Made by a program: the position numbers and the translations under genes. Of a stretch of 64,000 nucleotides of DNA, positions 1-9,485 are shown piece after piece. The stretch covers positions 2,464,001-2,528,000 of the forward strand of contig CAWGMQ010000010.1 in assembly GCA_963823665.1 (NCBI GenBank), in the 5' to 3' direction. The notes below the pieces were generated by a model, which was not told the origin of the DNA, did not search any database, and saw only the letters and a program-made list of their open reading frames with translations. The stretch's first letter is position 1; every line of letters begins with the position of its first letter. Source of the stretch: an uncultured Planctomycetota bacterium. Lineage in GTDB: Bacteria > Planctomycetota > Planctomycetia > Isosphaerales > Isosphaeraceae.

Positions 1-357
1 CAGGCCTCGTTGCTCGAGTCGAATCGTCTGGTCGTCGAATCCAACCGCCTGGTAGCACTCAGCATTGCAAACGTCGTGACTTCCAACTCCAAAATGGATT
101 TGTCGAATGAGAACATGACAAAGAGCAATGAGAACATGACAAAGACGCTTGCCGCAATGGCCGAGACGAACAAGAACGTCACTCGCAGCAACGCTCTCAT
201 CGTCGAATCAAATGCGAACATGATAAAAACGCTGGCTGGAATGGCGGAGATGAGCAACAACGTCACTCGCAGCAACGCACTGATGACTGAGACAAATCAG
301 AAACTAGGTGTCGTCACTCAGTTAATCGAGAAGATCCCAGGGTTCAAAAAAGAGTAG
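1..357 (+). CDS. 3' part of a heptad-repeat coiled-coil protein (5' end probably outside the window)
   Basis: Open frame from the window edge to TAG at 355-357; repeated heptads (ESNRLVV, ESNRLVA, LSNENMT, KSNENMT, RSNALIV) and a 28-aa duplicated unit. Confidence 0.65.
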   Translation, partial: QASLLESNRLVVESNRLVALSIANVVTSNSKMDLSNENMTKSNENMTKTLAAMAETNKNVTRSNALIVESNANMIKTLAGMAEMSNNVTRSNALMTETNQKLGVVTQLIEKIPGFKKE

Positions 358-452
358 ACGACCGGCTCGCTGCCCCGGCGGCTGAAAATCAAGGAGATGA
401 CTTGGAGAAGGCCGTAGGCCGGAATTCACGACGGTCGGCGAGCCACCATTCC

Positions 453-758
453 CTACAGTCCTGAATCACGATCGCTGATTATCTTCTTGAGCCCCGGATG
501 GTGATGATCGAGAAACTCTTCCGCCTTGACGAGCGCGGTCTGTGGACCACCCTCTTTCGCGAAAATCGTGTGCGACGGTCCCTGAGCGATGGCTTGCGCC
601 CTCGCCTCGGATAACGTGATGATCGAAGCCACGCCCGAACCGGCCTTCGATCCGGGGCTGGCGATAACGAGGTAATGGAACCACGTCGTCGGCAACTCGC
701 CGTCGCCGCCGTTCTCTTCCTCGCCGTAGTAGGTCATCGTGCGGTGTAGGGCCATCAA
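453..758 (-). CDS. hypothetical protein, about 100 aa
   Basis: ORF with natural-looking composition (TWFHYLVIA...ALVKAEEFLD) and GAGGTG upstream on the minus strand; no recognised family. Confidence 0.55.
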   Translation of the reverse strand: MMALHRTMTYYGEEENGGDGELPTTWFHYLVIASPGSKAGSGVASIITLSEARAQAIAQGPSHTIFAKEGGPQTALVKAEEFLDHHHPGLKKIISDRDSGL

Positions 759-935
759 TCACCTCAGGGGTCGCTCGGACTCATCTTCTGCCGCCAAAGG
801 GCCAATATAGCGTAACCATCCGTTGATTTCGACCATCCCAGCGAAGGTCAAACAGCCGCCTCCCACCTCATGCCAGAAGATCAACGGTACGACGGGGCAT
901 AGATCTCCAAAGAATGCTCACATCACGCGCATGAC

Positions 936-1607
936 TCACTCGTTTTCCAGCATCCATTTGGTGGCGTAGTGGGCAAGTGCCGTGCCATCGCTCAGGTTTA
1001 GTTTCGCCCGGATGCGGTCGCGGTAGGTCTCGATGGTCTTGACGCTCAGGTGAAGTTGATCGGCAATTTCCGCGGTCTTCAAGCCCCGGCCGATCAGACG
1101 AAAGACCTCCAATTCGCGATCGGCCAGCGCGTGCAGCGGCGACCGCGTGACTTTCTCTTGCCCCCCGCCGACGGCGCGGTGAAGCATCGTCTCGACCATT
1201 GCGTCGCTGAGATAGACCTTCCCTTCCCGCACCCGCCGGATGGCTTCGACAATCTTGTTCGTGGCCTGATCTTTGGTGATGTAGCCCAGCGCACCGGCCT
1301 TGAGCGCACGCTCGGCGTAGAGCGATTCACTGTGCGTTGACCATACCAGCATGCGCACCGTCTCGTTCCGGTCCTTGATCCGCTTGATCAGGTCGATGCC
1401 GCAGCCGGTCTTGAGCGAGATATCGACAACCGCCACATCAGGCTGGGTGAGGGAGACCTGGCGTAGGGCGTCGCTCAAGTCGGCGGCCTCGCCGCAGACT
1501 TCGAGGTCCGACTGCCGGCCAATCCGCATGGCTAACGCCTCGCGCACGGCCGGGTGGTCATCGACGATCAGGACTCTCGCTCGTTTCTTGCTCTTGTTAT
1601 TGCTCAT
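936..1607 (-). CDS. NarL/FixJ-family DNA-binding response regulator (REC + LuxR HTH)
   Basis: VLIVDDHPAVREAL, VAVVDISL, GALGYITK, then RELEVFRLIGRG...EIADQLHLSVKTIETYR. Confidence 0.95.
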   Translation of the reverse strand: MSNNKSKKRARVLIVDDHPAVREALAMRIGRQSDLEVCGEAADLSDALRQVSLTQPDVAVVDISLKTGCGIDLIKRIKDRNETVRMLVWSTHSESLYAERALKAGALGYITKDQATNKIVEAIRRVREGKVYLSDAMVETMLHRAVGGGQEKVTRSPLHALADRELEVFRLIGRGLKTAEIADQLHLSVKTIETYRDRIRAKLNLSDGTALAHYATKWMLENE

Positions 1608-4600
1608 TGTTCTTCCTCGCTAAAGCACACGTGACCACGGTCCCCGCGGGCTTCGCCGGCTCGATTGTCAAGGTCGCGCCGATGATCGCCGCGCAGTTGC
1701 GCATGATGCGGAATCCCAATCCGTCGTGGTTCTCGGCCGGGTGATCGGGGATGCCGATACCGTCATCCTGCACCTTGAGGACCAGGAGTTGATCGGACAC
1801 CACGGAAATGCGGACGTTCCGGCACCGGGCGTGCTTCACCGCGTTATGAACCGCTTCCTGGGCGATGAGATAGAGGTGGGTTGCGATGACGTTGTCCTCG
1901 ACAGGGACCGGCGCGGGGCAGTCAAACTTGCATCTCACTTTATCCTTTTGCTGCGTACGGCTGGCGAGGTCCGAAAGCGCGGACATGAGCCCTTCAGCAT
2001 CGACTGAAACGGGTAGGAGCCCGCGCATGACGGCCCGAAGCTCTTGTTGGCTGCGCTGCAATCCCTGCACCAGCACCTCGACCAACTGCGACGCCTTCGC
2101 GGGATCCGAACGCAGGGTCTCGGCCAGGTCGCCGGCAAGCATGTTGAGCGCGGTCAGTTCCTGGCTCACGCTGTCGTGCAGATCCTGACCGATGCGTCGC
2201 TGCTCAAGAGATGCGATCTCCACGACCTCGCGCTCCAGCTCCTTGCTCCGGCTGATGTCGCGCCCGGTCACCGAGGCACTCACGACCTTCCCATCGCCAT
2301 CCCGGATCGGCGAAATCGTGATCGCCACCGCGCGACGCCGCCCGTCCTTGCGGATCCGTTCGGTCTCGAGCTGCTCGACGTACTCGCCGCGCGCCAGCGT
2401 GGCCATGACCTCGGCCCATTCGGCGGTGCGATCTTCCGGAACGAGCATCTTGACCGATCGGCCCACGGCCTCCTCGCGGCTGTACCCGTAAAGCCGCTCG
2501 GCGCCGCCGTTCCAGGTTCTGATCGTCCCGTCGAGGTCCTTGCTGAATATCGCGTCCACAGAGTTTTCGACGACGGCGGCAAGGCGCCGGATGACCGCGT
2601 CCGCGGCCGCTTTGCGCTCCGTGATATCCACGAACGTAATCACGACTCCATCGATCCGGTTGTCCAGGGTGCGATAGGGCATGATCCGCCGAACGCACCA
2701 GCGGTCGTCCTTGGTGAGGACCTCCTTTTCGCGCGGCGTCAGGTCGTGCAGGAGCTCTTGGGCCTCGTGCAGCAGTTCGGCGTCGGTAAAGCTCGTGACC
2801 AGGTCGGCAATCGGCCGGCCAATATCGGTGGCAATCAGGTTGAACATGCGCGTGGCGGGCGGCGTGAACAACTTGATCCGGAGGCGGGCGTCCAGGAATA
2901 CGGTGGCTATATGGGTCGCGTTCAGGAGATTAGCCATGTCGTTACTGGCCGACTCCACTTCCGCGACCTTGTCATGGAGCTGGCTGTTGACGGTGCTCAG
3001 CTCTTCGTTGAGGGATTGCAGCTCTTCCTTGGAGGTCTCCAGCTCCTCGTTGGCGGACTGGAGCTCCTCGTTCATCGACATGACCTCTTCGTTCGACGCC
3101 TTGAGTTCCTCGTTGGCACTCTCCATCTCCTCGATGGTGCCTTGCAGGTCATCACGCGTGGTCTCCAGCTCCTGCTCAAGCCGGCGCAGCGACTCCGGCT
3201 CTGCTGGCTCAGCGAGTGTTCGTGCATCGTACAGCGCTTCACCGGAAGGATTCGGCTGCTCGTGGAACGAGATCAGCAGCAGACCTGCGGCCTGTTTGGG
3301 CGCGTCGAAAGGCTCCGCCCCGATGTTCACCCGGCGGACGCCGCCCTCATGGCGCATCATCACGCCTTCGATGCTTTGAGCTGCGTTTTCGCGGATGGCC
3401 CGGCGGATAACCACGCGCAGCTTGGGCTCGAGGGACTTGCGCACAGAGAAAGCAGGTGCTGGGTCGGTGGACCGCCTGGCTGAACAAGGTAGTCCTCGGT
3501 CGGCCCGGCAAAGTGCAAGACCTCGTAGTCGCGGTTGATCACAACGCAAGCCAGACGAAACCGGCGCAACAAGGAGTTCTGCGCCAGCTCCGCCAACTTC
3601 GGGGGAGCATGGGGCGGGCTGGCCGGTTGCGGCTTGGCCGGGCGTGGCTCCGATTGCATCGCCGGGAATTGCAAGCCGTCCGCTCGTGCCGGGCCGATGC
3701 GCCGGTAAATGCGCCATTTCTTGGAGACCGGCTCGAACAGGTCGGTTTGCCCGCCAACCGTCTCCGACGGTCCCAGGAACAGGTAGCCTCCCTCTTTGAG
3801 CGCGAAGTGCAACAGGGTGATTATCTTCTTCTCCATCTCCGGTTCGACGTAAATCAGCAAGTTTCGGCAACTGATCAGGTCCATCCTGGAAAAGGGGGCT
3901 TCGGTGATCAGATTCTGCACCGCAAACGTCACTGTTTCTCGCACTTGTTTGCTGATCTGCCAGGCGGATTCGTTCGCCCGCGTGAAAAAGCGGGCCAGCC
4001 GTTCCGACGAGACATCGGCGGCGATGCCCTCGGGATAGACTCCCCGGCGGGCGAGCGCGAGCGAGTGTTCATCGACATCCGTGGCGAAGATTTGCAGGCG
4101 GCGGAAGTTTTGCGCCGCAGTCTGATGTTCGAGCAGCAGCATGGCGAGGGAATAAGGCTCTTCACCCGTCGCGCAACCGGGAACCCAGACTCGCAAGGGT
4201 GCGTCGGCATTCTTCGCGTGAATGAGCGGGGTGATGACCTCCGCCTCCAAAGCGTTGAAGGCATCCGGGTCGCGGAAGAAACTGGTCACGCTCACCAGGA
4301 GATCGCGAGCGAGTCGCCTGACCTCCTCCGGATGTTCGCGCAGGTGAGCAAGGTATTCCGCGACGTTATCGAAGCGGCTCAGTCCCATGCGCCGTTCCAA
4401 CCGCCGACCGAGTGTTTTCTTGCGATAGCTGTGAAAATCGAACTTGGTGCGGGCATAGAGGAGAGCGAGCACCTGGTTGAGCTGGTCCGGGTTCTCACTG
4501 ACGGCGGCGACCCCTCCCGCTCTCTTGTGGCCGTGCTGCACGTACTTGACGAGCGCTTCCGGCATCTTCTCGACGGGCAAGACATAGTCGGCCAGACCCG

Positions 4601-5249
4601 TGGCGATGGCACTCTCGGGCATCGTGGGGTAACCGGCCGTCTTGGGATCCTGAACCATGGCCATGCCACCCTCGGCCTTGACGGCCTCAAGCCCGACCGT
4701 CCCGTGCGACCCGGTCCCGCTCAGGATGATGCAGATCGCTTTTTCCTGCTGGTCGTCGGCCAGCGAGCGCAGAAAGAGATCGATCGATGTCCGCCAGTTG
4801 CCGTGCGCCACCGGCCCGGTCAGCCGGAGCACGCCACCGACGATGGTCATGTTCCTGTTGGGCGGGATGACGTAGACGCGGTTGGCCTCGACGGCCATGC
4901 CTTGAGCGGCCTCGACGACTGGCATGGACGTGTGCCTGGTGAGCAGCTCGACCATCAGGCTTTCGTGCGTCGGGTCGAGGTGGGGAATGAGGACGAAGGC
5001 GATACCGCTGTCCGCGGGCATTGTGACGAAGAATTTCTTGAAGGCGTCAAGCCCGCCGGCCGAAGCGACCAGCCCTGCCACGGGCAGCTTCCGCCCACCT
5101 CGTTCGCTCGCCGGGACATCCTCGTTGGCCTGCGTCGGCGACAATTCGTCGCTTGGTTCAGCAACGTTGACAGGACGTTTCGGCTGCGGCGACCGCTTGG
5201 CAATTTGGGAAGCCGTCGCACGCCCCCTTCCTCGTTTCTTCGCGGCCAT
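1597..5249 (-). CDS. CheB methylesterase-CheR methyltransferase-PAS-histidine kinase (HisKA_3-type) fusion, one frameshift near 3443
   Basis: ASAGG/PHLDP CheB motifs; VTSFFRD, WVPGCATGEEPYS, DLISCRNLLIY CheR motifs; NEELQSANEELETSKEELQSLNEEL coil; PAS domains; EQRRIGQDLHD, QEAVHNAVKH, DDGIG kinase. Frames join if CTGTG is read CTGGTG. GGAGG RBS before ATG 5249. Confidence 0.9.
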
Positions 5250-5479
5250 CCCCGTTCCTCCGTCATCGAGCAAGCTTTCTCGTCTCTCATTCTAGCCACC
5301 GCTGCACGAACCGCGAGCCGGAATATGCCAGGCGCCCGGTGTCGGGGTTTCCCCCACAGTAAGTTTTCCGCGTCCCCGACTTTCGGGTCACTGGTGCGTC
5401 CGATTATGGTATTCGAGACTGTGCTGTGTTCCGCACAGCGGGACGACGGAGCCAACCGGGAAAAGTCGAGAGATCGTCC

Positions 5480-5911
5480 ATGAAACAACGTCTGCTCATT
5501 GCTGATCACGATGCCGAGCTGCGCGAGCGCTACCGAAAGTTTCTGACAGAGCGGGGCTACCACGTGCAAACCTCCACAGACGGTCTGGACTGCCTGGCGA
5601 AACTGCGTGAGGCGACGCCGGCCGTGCTCGTGCTGGATCTGGAGCTTCTTTGGGGTGGAGGTGACGGCGTGCTTGCCTGGCTGCGCGAGGAGCGTCGAGC
5701 GCCCAGGATCCCCGTGCTGCTCACGGCCAGCGCTCCCGATCGGCAGGATATGGGCGAATTCAACGGGCCGCCCGTCGTGGACTATCTGCCGAAGCCCTTT
5801 GCGCTCGACGGTCTGCTTCAGAGTATCCGCTCCGCCACCGCCAAAAAGGACCGAACGCCGCCGTCAAACCTGGATCGAGTTCCTGGCTACCCTTGGCTTT
5901 CTGTCGATTAG
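5480..5911 (+). CDS. single-domain response regulator
   Basis: LLIADHD...VLVLDLEL...IPVLLTA...YLPKPF. Confidence 0.85.
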   Translation: MKQRLLIADHDAELRERYRKFLTERGYHVQTSTDGLDCLAKLREATPAVLVLDLELLWGGGDGVLAWLREERRAPRIPVLLTASAPDRQDMGEFNGPPVVDYLPKPFALDGLLQSIRSATAKKDRTPPSNLDRVPGYPWLSVD

Positions 5912-6070
5912 GTAAGGGGTACCGTCGATGATCCAGTCCGACCCGCCCATGGTCCGGTCTATCGGTGAGCACCCCAAGGAGGAAAAGGACTCGATCCGGG
6001 CGACCGCTCTGCTCCCCACGCAGTGCGTGGAAGACCACTGCCTGGCCGAACGAGTCGAGGTCAATAACTC

Positions 6071-6592
6071 ATGACTCAGGCTATATCAGAAAGTGTAGGC
6101 GATCGCCCTTGCGGGCCTGCGACTGCGCATCGGGAAATCTCTAACTTCGGTGTGAAGTCCCTGGGCGAGATCGAAGCCGCCATTTGCGAAGTCATCAGGC
6201 GTTTTGAACACGAGTACGTCGGCCGCGGGCCCAGGGACATTCGCGCCCACCTGATCGGTGATCTCCTCGTTGTCCGCCTTCAGGGAGTGTTGACCGCTGC
6301 TGAACAGCAACTGGTCAAGTCGTTCGCAGCCGACAGGGGCAGGGACCTGGTCAAACAAGTACGGACGCACCTGATCGAAACGGCGCGGCCGGTGATTGAA
6401 GCCGTGATCCAAGCGGTCACAGGCGTCGAGGTGTTGAGCCTGCACCACGACATCAGCACCGTGACCGGCGAAGAGGTCGTCCTCTTCACCCTGGCCGAGT
6501 CGCCGAATTTTAGGCAGCCAACGAAACGATACGGCTACGAGTCGGGATCGGCGTCGTACCTGAGGCCGGGAACGATACGATCGAGCAAGTGA
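6071..6592 (+). CDS. DUF2294 (MpsC-like) family protein; real start may be GTG 6152
   Basis: GEIEAAI...EYVGRGP...DLLVVRLQGVLTAAEQQL...LSLHHDISTVTGEEVVLFTL. Confidence 0.85.
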   Translation: MTQAISESVGDRPCGPATAHREISNFGVKSLGEIEAAICEVIRRFEHEYVGRGPRDIRAHLIGDLLVVRLQGVLTAAEQQLVKSFAADRGRDLVKQVRTHLIETARPVIEAVIQAVTGVEVLSLHHDISTVTGEEVVLFTLAESPNFRQPTKRYGYESGSASYLRPGTIRSSK

Positions 6593-6656
6593 TGGAGCGG
6601 CTACGAACACGGGGTCTCTTCCGAGCAGACTAACCAATTACCGCAGTGGCCAGGAC

Positions 6657-7193
6657 ATGGACCAACCTAACTCAAACCGCAAGGAGGCTTCTGACACGCG
6701 ACAACCACAAGCGAATCTCACTGATCCACCAGAGGAGACGAGCCACGCGGCCGAATTCGAGCCAACGGTCCGGCAGCCCCGCGAAAAGCCCGGCGTGCTC
6801 GTAGTCGATGACGAACACATGGTGCGGATCATGGTGCAACTGGGCCTGGAGCGAAGCGGCTTTGACGTGTTGTTAGCCCGGAGTGGACCTGAAGCGATCG
6901 ATCTCTATCGCGGGCACGCGGAAGAGATTGCGGTGGTGCTGCTCGACACCTGCATGCCCGGGCTGGACGGGCTGGATACACTCAAGGTCTTGCGCGAACT
7001 GAATCCCGATGTCCTGGCCTGTTTCATGAGCACCGAATCCAGCGCCTACGAGCCGGAAGAGCTGGTAGCGCGCGGGGCCGCCTATGTCATCAGCAAGCCG
7101 TTTCGACTGGACGACCTGGCGAGCATCCTCACTCTGCTTGCCCATCACGTGTCCACCGATCTTCGCCCGTCCGGCAGGGCATGCCGACGGTGA
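6657..7193 (+). CDS. response regulator receiver protein with N-terminal extension
   Basis: VLVVDDEHMVR...VVLLDTCMPGLDG...VISKPF. Confidence 0.88.
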   Translation: MDQPNSNRKEASDTRQPQANLTDPPEETSHAAEFEPTVRQPREKPGVLVVDDEHMVRIMVQLGLERSGFDVLLARSGPEAIDLYRGHAEEIAVVLLDTCMPGLDGLDTLKVLRELNPDVLACFMSTESSAYEPEELVARGAAYVISKPFRLDDLASILTLLAHHVSTDLRPSGRACRR

Positions 7194-7225
7194 ACCAGGC
7201 AAGAGGCCGAATCGCGGAGCCGCCG

Positions 7226-7588
7226 ATGCGCACAATCCTTGTGGTAGATGATGACGCCGATACGTGCCGCAACATGGTGGATTTGTTCGAAGACCTGGGC
7301 TACGGAATCGAGTCCGCGGAGGGCGCCCACACGGCCCTGAATAAGGCTCAACAACAGCCGTACGACCTGGGCCTGCTGGACCTGCGGATGCCAGGCATGG
7401 ATGGCCTGACCCTGTGCCGTCACCTCAAGCGGTTGCAGCCGCCCATGGTGACGATGATCGTCACAGCTTACGGCGGCAGCGACCTGGACGAGGAAGCACG
7501 AGCGGCAGGTGCTTGCCACGTGCTTCTCAAGCCTGTAGATTTTCCTGAGTTGATCGCCCTGGTCGAGAGGGCACTGCTAGGCCCGTGA
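7226..7588 (+). CDS. single-domain response regulator
   Basis: MRTILVVDDD...GLLDLRMPGMDG...IVTAY...LLKPVDF; GGAG RBS before ATG 7226. Confidence 0.9.
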   Translation: MRTILVVDDDADTCRNMVDLFEDLGYGIESAEGAHTALNKAQQQPYDLGLLDLRMPGMDGLTLCRHLKRLQPPMVTMIVTAYGGSDLDEEARAAGACHVLLKPVDFPELIALVERALLGP

Positions 7589-7603
7589 GCCCGAGTTACA
7601 CCT

Positions 7604-9184
7604 ATGGCTGATCCACTCCGAGTCGTGATCCTCAAGCCGAGCAAGTATCTGGCGGACGGCTACGTGGAGCGATTTCGCCGGGGATTCATGCCGAACAGCA
7701 CGGTGCCCTACGTGCGGAGCATGACGCCGGCCAAGCTGGGCGACACGCAAGTGGAGCTTCACACGATCGATGAATACGTCCATACCGACCTGGAATGCCT
7801 GTCCCTCCTCAGGCGGGCGAGGGGCGGCCGGACGCTGCTGGCGCTGGTGGGGGTGCAGAGCCACCAGTTCCATCGCGCGCTGGACCTCGCGGCGTACGCG
7901 TGGCGCGACGGGTGCATGGCGGTCATCGGCGGCCCCCACGTGATGACCTGCGACACCTCGATGCTGCACGGACGCGGGGTGAGCTTCGCGCTGGCCGAGG
8001 CAGAGCTCGTCTGGCGAGAGATCCTGGAAGACGCCGCCGGCGGAGAGTTGCGGCCGGTCTATGGCGCGGACGGGCGCTGGCAGCAGGAGCTGGAAGCGCC
8101 GGTCGTTGTGCCCCCCGGCCGCAGGGATCTGGGCCGATACGTCATCCCGATGCTGGGGCTGTATCCCGCCCGCGGGTGCCCGTTCACGTGCAACTTCTGC
8201 TCGGTGATCAAGATCGCTGGCCGGCGGATCCGCAGCCAGAGCATCGAAACCACCCTCGCAAGTCTCCGCGCCGCCAAGGCCGCCGGAGTGAAGAGCGTTA
8301 TGTTCACCTCTGATAATTTCAACAAGTACTCCGAAGCCCCCGTGTTGCTGGAAGCCATGGCCGACGAGCGGTTCGGGCTCAGCTTCTTCGTGCAGTGCGA
8401 CACGCAGATCGCCAGGCAGGAGCAGTTGGTCGCGCTCCTGGCCAGGGCGGGCTGCTCCCAGATGTTCGTGGGCGTCGAGTCCTTCAGCCGCCAGACGCTG
8501 CTGGCGGCCAAAAAGGGACAAAACCGCCCGGAGACGTATCGCGAGATCGTACGGCTATGCCGCGAGCATGGTATCAGCTCACACTTCTCGAACATCATCG
8601 GCTTCCCGCAAGACACGGAGCAGGATGTAAATCGGCACCTCGAGATGCTGCGCGAGCTGGGCCCGACGTTCGCTTCCTTCTACATCCTCTGCCCGATCCC
8701 GGGCACCGAGCAGTACGACGAGTTCATGGCCGAAGGCCTCGTTACGGAGCACAACCTCGACCGGTTCGACACGACCTGCCTGACCTGGCGCCACCCCACC
8801 CTCTCCCGCGAGCAACTGGCCGCCTTGCTGTTCCGCTGTTATCGCAAATTCTTCTCCACGGGCCACGCAGTGCGCAACTTGATGCACGAGAGCTGGCAGA
8901 AGAGCGGTCTGCTGGCAGGCTCGGCGGGAATCACGGCCATGTCGCTTTTCAATCGGTATTGCGCGTGGCGGCGCACCCATCCCATGTCCGGCGGGGTCAT
9001 GCGGGTGTGGCGTGACCGCATGGATGACTACCTCGCGCTGCGCAAGGAAGTATTTGGCATCGAGCTGGCTCCGCTGCCGCGCAGCCTGCAATTGTCGGCG
9101 GCGGACAGCTTGCTAAACCGGGTCATCGTTCCGCATGCGCGGGCGAGTTTGCCACTCGCCACCACTCCCAGAACCCATCAGTGA
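7604..9184 (+). CDS. B12-binding-domain-type radical SAM protein
   Basis: CxxxCxxC in RGCPFTCNFCSV; N-terminal VGVQSHQFHRALDLA/VIGGPH region; FVGVESF, IIGFPQDT, PIPGT motifs. Confidence 0.88.
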   Translation: MADPLRVVILKPSKYLADGYVERFRRGFMPNSTVPYVRSMTPAKLGDTQVELHTIDEYVHTDLECLSLLRRARGGRTLLALVGVQSHQFHRALDLAAYAWRDGCMAVIGGPHVMTCDTSMLHGRGVSFALAEAELVWREILEDAAGGELRPVYGADGRWQQELEAPVVVPPGRRDLGRYVIPMLGLYPARGCPFTCNFCSVIKIAGRRIRSQSIETTLASLRAAKAAGVKSVMFTSDNFNKYSEAPVLLEAMADERFGLSFFVQCDTQIARQEQLVALLARAGCSQMFVGVESFSRQTLLAAKKGQNRPETYREIVRLCREHGISSHFSNIIGFPQDTEQDVNRHLEMLRELGPTFASFYILCPIPGTEQYDEFMAEGLVTEHNLDRFDTTCLTWRHPTLSREQLAALLFRCYRKFFSTGHAVRNLMHESWQKSGLLAGSAGITAMSLFNRYCAWRRTHPMSGGVMRVWRDRMDDYLALRKEVFGIELAPLPRSLQLSAADSLLNRVIVPHARASLPLATTPRTHQ

Positions 9185-9229
9185 TCCAGTCGTCACAAGA
9201 CAATTAGAAATCGAAGGAGGTAATCGATC

Positions 9230-9391
9230 ATGCCTCGTTATACCCTTGAAACGATCGTCATCATTCTCATCATTCTCTGGCTGCTGGGCTGGCTGGCGTT
9301 TCCGATCGGCGGGAGCCTGATCCACCTGCTCCTGGTCGTGATCTTGGTCGTCATCGTGATCAGGCTCCTCCAAGGGCGAAGCGCCGTCTGA
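9230..9391 (+). CDS. lmo0937-family small membrane protein (53 aa), absent from the ORF track
   Basis: MPRYTLETIVIILIILWLLGWLAFPIGGSLIHLLLVVILVVIVIRLLQGRSAV with AAGGAGGT RBS at 9214-9221. Confidence 0.9.
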   Translation: MPRYTLETIVIILIILWLLGWLAFPIGGSLIHLLLVVILVVIVIRLLQGRSAV

Positions 9392-9485
9392 CCCTCGAGA
9401 CGAACTCGAGGCGGAAGGCGCTCCACCGGCGGACACCTGAGACCGTCGGCTTTTCTTCAAGCTGCGATTCTGCACCGATCGTTCG

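Noticed and set aside
2044..5483. Long + strand ORFs (479 and 675 aa) and similar antisense ORFs across the window
   Set aside because: Shadow frames of high-GC genes on the opposite strand with no family motifs
5928..6074. 48-aa ORF (MIQSDPPMVRS...) overlapping the DUF2294 ATG as ATGA
   Set aside because: Weak RBS and no recognisable features; cannot be supported
6135..6175. ISNFGVKSLGEI resembles the RNA polymerase alpha-CTD motif NFGxKSLxEI
   Set aside because: KSLGEIEAAI fits the normal start of this DUF2294 protein and no other alpha-CTD residues are present; probably coincidence
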